IMG/VR virus record: IMGVR_UViG_3300027510_000010
Span: 1-32,913 of that record
Source of the DNA: a virus
Reading direction: 5' to 3' (one strand)
DNA: 32,913 nt
Part shown: piece by piece, positions 26,952 through 32,913 of the stretch
How the letters are laid out: each line of letters starts with the position of its first letter
How positions within the stretch are numbered: position 1 is the first letter of the stretch
The notes under the pieces: model-generated
What the model was told of the DNA's origin: nothing
Seen by the model: only the letters and a program-made list of their open reading frames with translations
Database searches by the model: none
Made by a program: the position numbers and the translations under genes

Positions 26952-28388
26952 ATGGCCGTCGATATCGAAATCCAGCAAGCCGGGACGTGGCCGACCTACC
27001 GACTGACCCTGACCCGGTCCGGGCACCCGCTCCCGCTCGCCGGAGCGACCGCCCACCTGATCGCGATCCACGCGCAGTACCCAGTCTGGGAGATCCGGAA
27101 ACAGATGGAGGTCGAGAACCCGTTGGGCGTCCTGGTCTGCCGGTTCGCGGCCGAGGACACTGTCCATCCCGGCACCTACAACGTCACGATCCGAATCCTC
27201 TGGGGCGACGGGTCGGCCGATACTCTGCCGGTCGCCGGATCGTACCAGATGGTGATCGGCCCCGGGCTGGTTGCCCCCGATACTCCGCCAGAGCCCCTCC
27301 GGGTCTACGAGCGGTCCGGCGGCGTGTTGACGCTGCTCGGGGTGATCGATGCGTATGAGGCGATTGAATGGACCCGGCGGTGGCGCTCTCCCGGAGAATG
27401 GCAGGCCGTCATCAACCGGTATGCCACCGGGGCGGAGTATCTGAAAGAAGGCCGGTTCGTCTCGCTCCCCCGACGCGGTCAGCACCTGGTCGGCCGGATC
27501 GAGAGTATCGAGGGCCAACAGACGGAAGAAGGGGAGATCAGTGAGAACTGGACGGTCCGCGGGCGGGAGGCGGGCGTCATCCTACAAGACCGGATCTGCC
27601 TGCATGGAGTCTCGTCCGGGACCGGGTATGACGAGCAGAAAAATGTTGTCGGGGAGACGGCCATGCGGCATTACGTCGACGTCAACGCGGTCAACCCGAC
27701 CGATCCCGATCGGGCGATCCCTGGGTTGGTGTTGGCTCCGGTCGACCAGGGTCGAGGATCGTTAGTCACGGTCTCCGCCCGGTTCCAGGCGCTCCCGGAC
27801 CTCCTGGAGCAGATCGCTCTCCAGTCCGGGCTCGGGTGGGAGATCGGCTACGACTTCTCCGGGCAGCAGTTCGTCTTCACCGTGTTGGATGGGGTAGATC
27901 GGAGCGCCGAGGTCCTCCTCTCCCCGCGACTCGGCAACTGCCTGGTCTCCGGGTACCGGGCCTGCCTCTCGGACGCCCCGACCCTGGCGGTCGTGGCCGG
28001 GCAGGGGGAAGCCGCCGACCGGGAGATCGTGGAGGTCGGGACCGCGACCGGGTGGGACCGGCGCGAGGTCTTTGTAGACGCCCGGGACCTGGACGCGACC
28101 GACGCCCTGATCGCCCGCGGGGATGAGAAACTCGCGGAAGTTGGGGAGACGACAACCCTGGAAGTCGAGTATATCCCGACCCCGACGTATCGCTACATGA
28201 CGGACTTTGACCTCGGCGATATCGTGAGCGCCGAGTACCCGGGCATCTGCTCGATGCAGGCCCGGATCGTTGCGGTGACCGAACAGTATCCATCCGGGCG
28301 GATTGTGCTCGGACTTGGGAAAGAGTGGCCGGACCTGATCAGTCTGGTCCGGGCGATGCGGAAAGAGAACGCGGAGATGAGACGATGA
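26952..28388 (+). CDS. BppU-N-like domain fused to a siphovirus Gp37/Tal-like minor tail protein
   Basis: N-terminus paralogous to 26123-26455; then YE.IEWTRRW..PGEW, V.GQGE..DR, WDRREVFVDARD, DFDLGDIV. Confidence 0.75.
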   Translation: MAVDIEIQQAGTWPTYRLTLTRSGHPLPLAGATAHLIAIHAQYPVWEIRKQMEVENPLGVLVCRFAAEDTVHPGTYNVTIRILWGDGSADTLPVAGSYQMVIGPGLVAPDTPPEPLRVYERSGGVLTLLGVIDAYEAIEWTRRWRSPGEWQAVINRYATGAEYLKEGRFVSLPRRGQHLVGRIESIEGQQTEEGEISENWTVRGREAGVILQDRICLHGVSSGTGYDEQKNVVGETAMRHYVDVNAVNPTDPDRAIPGLVLAPVDQGRGSLVTVSARFQALPDLLEQIALQSGLGWEIGYDFSGQQFVFTVLDGVDRSAEVLLSPRLGNCLVSGYRACLSDAPTLAVVAGQGEAADREIVEVGTATGWDRREVFVDARDLDATDALIARGDEKLAEVGETTTLEVEYIPTPTYRYMTDFDLGDIVSAEYPGICSMQARIVAVTEQYPSGRIVLGLGKEWPDLISLVRAMRKENAEMRR

Positions 28389-29548
28389 CACTGAATTACG
28401 GGATTTTCGATGTGAGCGACCCGCAGAACCCCGACAGGGTGTATTCGGCGGCGCTCCTGAGCAGGATTCTGAGCAAGCATATCCGGGACGGGATCGTCCA
28501 CGGCGACGGCGGCGAGTTGGCCGTCACGGTGACGGACCCGCCGGCGATGACCGTCAAGGTGGCAACCGGGACCGCGATGGTGCAAGGCCGATTTTGCGAG
28601 AATGATGCGGCGCTGACGCTGTCGGTGCCGGCGGCTCACGCGACCTATCCCCGGATCGACCGGGTGGTGGTGCGGCTGAACGCCTCGCCCGGCCGGACGA
28701 TCGATATCCTGGTTAAGAAAGGGACTCCGGCACCGTCCCCGGTCCCGCCGGGCCTGACCCGGACCCCGGAGACCTGGGAGTTGTCGCTCGCGCAAATCTT
28801 CGTCGCGGCTGGCGCGACGATGGTCCAGGCCGCGAATATCACCGACGAGCGCAGGGACGCGACCCTGTGCGGCTGGGCGTGTGCGACCTACCTCCCGTCC
28901 TCGCAACTGGAGATCACCGGGCCGGTCAATATGCAGGGGAACGCGCTGACCGGGCTGCCGGCGCCGAGCGCAGGGACGGACGCCGCCCCGAAATCCTACG
29001 TGGATGCGACGCTCCCGAAACTGTCGCAGATCGCGATCGACGCGGACAAGGACTGGGGCGGGAAGAATATCACGAACGTTGGGGTGATCCGAACCTCGGA
29101 CGTCACCTGCGTGGGGAACACCAACATCCTCTTTCTCAGTACGCCATCGAACACGGTCCAGGCGAGTTCTACAAATGTATTGGAGGGGAACATTTCGGAA
29201 TGGCAGACAGTAGCGAAATTTTTGATGCCGTCTAATGTTCTTCGGGGCGGGATTCGCATTAAAGCCCAAGTCAAAGAGACGTTCGTTCTGGGTTCCTATT
29301 CCTCTCTAAAAACCCAAATATTCGTGGATGGGGTAAATGTTGGAGGATTTGTTATTACTGGTACAGGTTGGCAAGAGGCGAGTAAAGACATATATGATGA
29401 TGGTATGTGGGGGTCGATCGTTGAAATCAAGGCCATGTCTGATCAAGACAAGACGAACAAGGAATGTGGTATTCGGAATTGCAGAATTTGTGCCACGTTT
29501 TCCCGTCTTCCGACGTCGGAGACGCCTGTAACCCAGACGTTGGTGTGA
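28385..29548 (+). CDS. Baseplate/tail-fibre protein with an AT-rich C-terminal domain
   Basis: DRVYSA...DG...M.V.V..G.A.VQG...PRIDRVVVRLN...WELSLA.I...ITDER...CG; DA..KSYVD fibre motif. Confidence 0.75.
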   Translation: MTLNYGIFDVSDPQNPDRVYSAALLSRILSKHIRDGIVHGDGGELAVTVTDPPAMTVKVATGTAMVQGRFCENDAALTLSVPAAHATYPRIDRVVVRLNASPGRTIDILVKKGTPAPSPVPPGLTRTPETWELSLAQIFVAAGATMVQAANITDERRDATLCGWACATYLPSSQLEITGPVNMQGNALTGLPAPSAGTDAAPKSYVDATLPKLSQIAIDADKDWGGKNITNVGVIRTSDVTCVGNTNILFLSTPSNTVQASSTNVLEGNISEWQTVAKFLMPSNVLRGGIRIKAQVKETFVLGSYSSLKTQIFVDGVNVGGFVITGTGWQEASKDIYDDGMWGSIVEIKAMSDQDKTNKECGIRNCRICATFSRLPTSETPVTQTLV

Positions 29549-29563
29549 GATCCATTTTCTCTC

Positions 29564-29908
29564 ATGACCTACTCCCAATCATCTTTCTGGACCCCGGCGC
29601 GCATCGCCGCGGTGATCGGGGCCATCCTGCTCGTCGTGGCGCTCGCATACCTGGCAAGCCTGCCGCAGAACCAGTTCCAGCCGGCCGACCTGCTGGAGCC
29701 GAAATACGCCGCCGACGCGGATCTCGGCTACTGGATGGTCGACAAGTACGATCCGGAGGTCGACGTCTATCACCTGCTCGTGGTGATGCAGCACGACAAC
29801 GGCACGTTCGAGTGGTTGGACGGCGACGGGATCTGGTTACCCCGGCGCGCCGTCGAGGGGACGTTTACCGTGATCGGATCGTTCGACGCCCGGAAAGCGC
29901 ACCTCTGA
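29564..29908 (+). CDS. Membrane-anchored hypothetical protein
   Basis: N-terminal TM helix IAAVIGAILLVVALAYLA. Confidence 0.7.
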   Translation: MTYSQSSFWTPARIAAVIGAILLVVALAYLASLPQNQFQPADLLEPKYAADADLGYWMVDKYDPEVDVYHLLVVMQHDNGTFEWLDGDGIWLPRRAVEGTFTVIGSFDARKAHL

Positions 29909-29922
29909 TCCGGCGAGGGCAG

Positions 29923-30012
29923 TTAGGGTATCTAGGATCGTAACTTTTTAAGATCTCTCTCTCATGTGGAAAGTTACGATCTCTCGTGCCCTATGTGCCT
30001 CGTTCTGCCCTT
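29923..30012. promoter_or_regulatory. Second copy of the origin-type inverted repeat plus degenerate iterons
   Basis: GATCGTAACTTT (29936-29947) / AAAGTTACGATC (29970-29981); 29923-29947 matches 5892-5916 at 23/25; TCGTGCCC and TTCTGCCC follow. Confidence 0.7.
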
Positions 30013-30016
30013 CTTG

Positions 30017-30070
30017 CGATAGTTATTTATACTATTACAACTAATATATGTATTGTAAGAGGTGTAAGAG
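30017..30070 (+). promoter_or_regulatory. Early promoter + RBS, copy 1
   Basis: TTTATA at 30026-30031 within ATAGT-N7-ACTAT; GAGGTG before ATG 30071. Confidence 0.75.
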
Positions 30071-30457
30071 ATGGAGATTGTACAACTCGCGAAGATCATC
30101 CCCCTGCACGAGATGCTAGATGAGGCAAAGTTCCAGACGCTGAAAGAGGATATGGAGGAGCGCGGGTGGGTCGGCCGCCCGCTCGTGGCATACCCCTGGG
30201 GGGACGGCCTCCGGGCGCTGAACGGGTCGCACCGCTACGCAGCAGCTTGCGCCGCCGACCTCTACGAGATCCCGGTTGAAATCATCCCCGAAGATGCGCT
30301 GACACCAGAGCAGATCGAGCGCCTCGACCGGGAGCACGACACAGATGGTTTCGTCCGGGCGCTGGAGGAGTTCGCCGAGGATGGCACGGCCGGCCTCGAT
30401 GCGGCTCTCGAAATCATGCAAGCAGAAGCTGAGCAGGAGTGTGCAAGCAGAAGCTGA
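30071..30457 (+). CDS. Stand-alone ParB/sulfiredoxin-domain protein
   Basis: L..DM...GW...PL.........LNGSHRYAAA......IPV. Confidence 0.75.
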   Translation: MEIVQLAKIIPLHEMLDEAKFQTLKEDMEERGWVGRPLVAYPWGDGLRALNGSHRYAAACAADLYEIPVEIIPEDALTPEQIERLDREHDTDGFVRALEEFAEDGTAGLDAALEIMQAEAEQECASRS

Positions 30458-30466
30458 GCAGGAGTG
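30417..30466 (+). repeat. Perfect 25-bp tandem duplication TGCAAGCAGAAGCTGAGCAGGAGTG x2
   Basis: 30417-30441 = 30442-30466. Confidence 0.95.
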
Positions 30467-30478
30467 AATTTGCAAAAA

Positions 30479-30531
30479 CGATAGTTATATATACTATTAC
30501 AACTAATATGTATATGTAAGAGGTGTAACAA
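30479..30531 (+). promoter_or_regulatory. Early promoter + RBS, copy 2
   Basis: First 31 bp differ from copy 1 at one position; shares TGTAAGAGGTGTAA; TATATA box within ATAGT-N7-ACTAT. Confidence 0.75.
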
Positions 30532-30651
30532 ATGAGATGTTCGTGTGGTAGAAAAATCACCCAGACCGAGGGGTCGGGGAAAGACAAAGTATGGATTTGT
30601 GAATGTGGTGCCCGGTACCAGATGATTCGGGGAAAAGCACGGAGGGTGTAA
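30532..30651 (+). CDS. 39-aa Zn-finger microprotein (not in the ORF track)
   Basis: MRCSCGRKITQTEGSGKDKVWICECGARYQMIRGKARRV; CxC...CxC; directly behind promoter/RBS copy 2. Confidence 0.7.
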   Translation: MRCSCGRKITQTEGSGKDKVWICECGARYQMIRGKARRV

Positions 30652-30652
30652 A

Positions 30653-30955
30653 ATGGTAAATTTCAGAGAGATTGAGGAGGGCGAACTCCTCGTTTTCCGA
30701 GACCGACGTAACAACAAGGTGTATTCTGAAATCGTAACATTCGTAGGGTTCGCAAACAATGGGTACCCTATCGTAGAATTCGAGAATGGAAAGCGTTTGA
30801 TTGTACTACCAGAGCAACTGGCGTATCCTCACGAAGTAGAGTACGTCAACATCCGGATCTACCGCGCCGACCGTGACCGGCTCGCCGCGACCATGAAGTA
30901 CGGCGATACGATGGCGGACAAGATTCATACGCTGATCGAGAGGGCGCGACTGTGA
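30653..30955 (+). CDS. SH3/KOW-like N-domain with RHH-like C-terminus, putative regulator
   Basis: GGAGGGTG RBS; C-terminal YVNIRIYRADRDRLAATMKYGDTMADKIHTLI. Confidence 0.55.
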   Translation: MVNFREIEEGELLVFRDRRNNKVYSEIVTFVGFANNGYPIVEFENGKRLIVLPEQLAYPHEVEYVNIRIYRADRDRLAATMKYGDTMADKIHTLIERARL

Positions 30956-31015
30956 GGCGCGGCCCTCACATCCGCACATTTTTGAAAACGGCCATCGTCG
31001 GAGTAGAGTCAAACC

Positions 31016-31032
31016 GGATACATTATATATCC
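31016..31032 (+). promoter_or_regulatory. TATA box inside the palindrome GGATA-N7-TATCC
   Basis: TTATATAT at 31023-31030, about 25 nt upstream of ATG 31051. Confidence 0.5.
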
Positions 31033-31050
31033 ATGAGTAGATCTATGAAT

Positions 31051-31218
31051 ATGAGGCAGCGGAACAGCGCGAAACCAAAACCAAAGCTCCAGGTCTACGT
31101 TAGTCAGGAGGTTGCAGATCGACTCAGAGATTACGCCTCATTAGTGGGGGTGTCCGCATCGTTTGCCACGGAAATGGCGCTGCGGGCATACCTCGATATG
31201 GAGAGGGTAAAAATATGA
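31051..31218 (+). CDS. RHH/CopG-like transcription regulator
   Basis: KLQVYVSQEVADRLRDYASLVGVSASFATEMALRAYL; alternative ATGs at 31033 and 31045. Confidence 0.75.
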   Translation: MRQRNSAKPKPKLQVYVSQEVADRLRDYASLVGVSASFATEMALRAYLDMERVKI

Positions 31219-31559
31219 CGAAAAGGAATTCCTATGTCGGCCACTGCGCTGCCGCCTGCAATCCGGGAGCGGGAACCGACGCTCAGAATGGTACGTTCGA
31301 TCGTATATTAGTTGCGGCCGCGGAGCATGCCGCACGCGAGGCAGGGCTCCCGGGGCGCGCGGATCGTATGATCACCTGCCGCTCCTGCGGCGCGCCGACC
31401 GCGAGCAGCGACGGGATCTGCCGAGACTGTGCGGACGCGATGCGCGAAGAGCGGGCCGCGGCCCTGGGCGAGCGGTGCCGCATCCACCGGGTGCGGTACG
31501 TCGAGGACCTCCCCGTCTCCGTGCTAGAGGAGATACAGGCCGAGTGGGGGCGGTGCTGA
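31215..31559 (+). CDS. Zn-finger protein
   Basis: CRSC...CRDC; overlaps at both ends; the true start may be later. Confidence 0.6.
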   Translation: MTKRNSYVGHCAAACNPGAGTDAQNGTFDRILVAAAEHAAREAGLPGRADRMITCRSCGAPTASSDGICRDCADAMREERAAALGERCRIHRVRYVEDLPVSVLEEIQAEWGRC

Positions 31560-31978
31560 TGACCAGCGACAATCTCCTGGAGCGGGCGTTCATGGCCCGG
31601 ATCCGGGCCGATGAGTACCGGGAGGCGCTCGCTGCCCTGCAGCGCGAGTTCGACGAGCGGCCGGATGTCATCGAGATCAAGCGCCGGATCGAGCGCTGCG
31701 AGGAGGAGCGGCGCCAGTGCATCGAGCAGGCAAAGGCCGCCGGCATCAGCAAGCAGGGCTCGTTCCGGCTCAAGGTCCGCACCCGCAAGCAGCGCACGGT
31801 GATCCCGGAACGGTTCTTTGCCCGGTTCGGCGCGGAGACGTTCGTCGCGTGCGCGACTGTCGCGATCGGTAAGGCCGAGGCTCTGCTGGGCAAGGGGACG
31901 TTCGATGACTGCTGTGAGGTCGAGGTCAAGGATCTCGGTGCGACGGTTGAGTATGTGCGCCCGGAGGGGTCGGAATGA
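31559..31978 (+). CDS. Coiled-coil hypothetical protein (Gam/Gp157-like architecture, unconfirmed)
   Basis: TGATG overlap; long N-terminal coiled coil followed by a beta segment. Confidence 0.65.
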   Translation: MTSDNLLERAFMARIRADEYREALAALQREFDERPDVIEIKRRIERCEEERRQCIEQAKAAGISKQGSFRLKVRTRKQRTVIPERFFARFGAETFVACATVAIGKAEALLGKGTFDDCCEVEVKDLGATVEYVRPEGSE

Positions 31979-32271
31979 TCCCCGCACTCCCCTGCGGCAC
32001 CTATGCAGACTCCGGCGTCCCTGCCGGGGCGTTTTACGTCGCCGCGTTCGAGGACGGCGACCAGACGCACCACGTCGGCGAGTATCGGATCGAGACCGTC
32101 CTCCGGGCGCTGCGGGCGCTCCAGGCCTGCGGCTACGACGACGTCGAGGTCGGCAGCGTCGAGCGCGACGGGAAAACGCACCTGCTCCTGATCGGGCTCG
32201 ACGGCGAGGCGCGGTTCGGCGACCGGCAACTCGGTTGCATCGCGGTCGCTCCGGTGGAGGTGCCGGAATGA
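31975..32271 (+). CDS. Hypothetical protein with weak resemblance to a single PCNA domain
   Basis: ATGA overlaps; GEY...AL..L...DDVEV...LLLI...IAVAPVE. Confidence 0.55.
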   Translation: MIPALPCGTYADSGVPAGAFYVAAFEDGDQTHHVGEYRIETVLRALRALQACGYDDVEVGSVERDGKTHLLLIGLDGEARFGDRQLGCIAVAPVEVPE

Positions 32272-32732
32272 CATTCCTACCCAAAAACGCCCTTATCGCG
32301 GGCACGATCAACCTCGGGAACTACGATAACTTCCGTTTCGAGTTCGGCGCGGAGATCGCCTCCTCTGAAGACTACCTCGAACTGGTCAGATTTGCCGCGG
32401 GGAGCCTGATCGGGCAGTTCCGCAACGCCGACGAGAATACGCAGACTATCATTCGGGCATACGTCGCGAGACTCTGCAGCATCGAGGAGGAGGATGTGCC
32501 TTGCCTGGGGACGCCTGCGCCCGAGACCCCGGCGCCGGAGACACCACCGGTCACGACCCCGGAACCCGTGCCTCAACCGCCGAAACCCGCGCCTGCACCG
32601 CCGACACTGAAACCCGGCGAGGAGGTCTGCGAGGAGTGCGGGGGCATAGTCCCGGCGCAGCAGGCCAAACTCTCGAAACTCTTTCAGAACAAGGCGCTCT
32701 GTAAGTCGTGCCTTGACGGGAGGCGGTCGTGA
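32268..32732 (+). CDS. Hypothetical protein with Pro-rich linker and C-terminal Zn finger
   Basis: TINLGNYDNFRFE N-domain, PAPETPAPET linker, CEECG...LCKSC. Confidence 0.7.
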   Translation: MTFLPKNALIAGTINLGNYDNFRFEFGAEIASSEDYLELVRFAAGSLIGQFRNADENTQTIIRAYVARLCSIEEEDVPCLGTPAPETPAPETPPVTTPEPVPQPPKPAPAPPTLKPGEEVCEECGGIVPAQQAKLSKLFQNKALCKSCLDGRRS

Positions 32733-32913
32733 TGCTTCTTATTTTCGCGACGCCCGAAGAGGCCCGGGAACTGCTCGGGCTCTCGACTCGGCAGCCAGAG
32801 ATCGTCCGGCCGCAGACGAGCGGCCCGTGCGTGTATTACGACGAGCAGACGGAGTACGTGGCGGACGCCTACCCATGCACATATCCGTACGGCGACGGCG
32901 TCTGCCCGCACCT
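32732..32913 (+). CDS. 5' part of a gene truncated by the window edge (MLLIFATPEEARELLG...)
   Basis: TGATG overlap; GGAGG RBS; open to the end of the window. Confidence 0.6.
   Translation, partial: MLLIFATPEEARELLGLSTRQPEIVRPQTSGPCVYYDEQTEYVADAYPCTYPYGDGVCPH

Noticed and set aside
21779-29548. Invertase/shufflon-type tail-fibre switching
   Set aside because: No invertase gene, no inverted crossover repeats and no reverse-oriented alternative C-termini were seen.
30017-30531. CRISPR mini-array
   Set aside because: Only two ~55-bp repeats, separated by a 400-bp gene; they are promoter/RBS sequences. The 25-bp repeat has no spacer.

Overview
This window is most of the genome of a GC-rich tailed dsDNA virus (Caudoviricetes, siphovirus-type non-contractile tail). 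Every credible gene is on the + strand. Gene order: DNA-modification/replication block (ParB-MTase, putative PD-(D/E)XK nuclease, NDT-like protein, second MTase, D5/P4-type SF3 helicase, iteron-rich origin-like region) > Holliday junction resolvase > terminase small/large > promoter + two small genes + tRNA-Thr(UGU) > portal, minor head, protease/scaffold, decoration protein, major capsid > neck, tail tube, frameshifted tail chaperones, tape measure, Dit > mosaic multi-domain adhesin, internally duplicated tail-tip genes, Tal/baseplate-like genes > early region of small genes behind duplicated promoters. I infer an archaeal host, most plausibly a Methanomicrobiales methanogen (Methanoculleus-like). 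The basis is TATA-box promoters, GAGGTG ribosome-binding sites, RHH and Zn-finger microproteins, a CCA-less tRNA-Thr with U73, and no endolysin. A relationship to virus Blf4 is recalled from memory and was not verified. I see no integrase, DNA polymerase, reverse transcriptase, IS element or CRISPR array. The least expected signals are two cognate inverted-repeat/iteron sites with identical 22-nt spacing that bracket the whole morphogenesis module, a virus tRNA with a C33 anticodon loop, a duplicated operator-promoter-RBS cassette, and cassette-like AT-rich domains in the tail adhesins. All product calls come from motif reading; no database searches were run.
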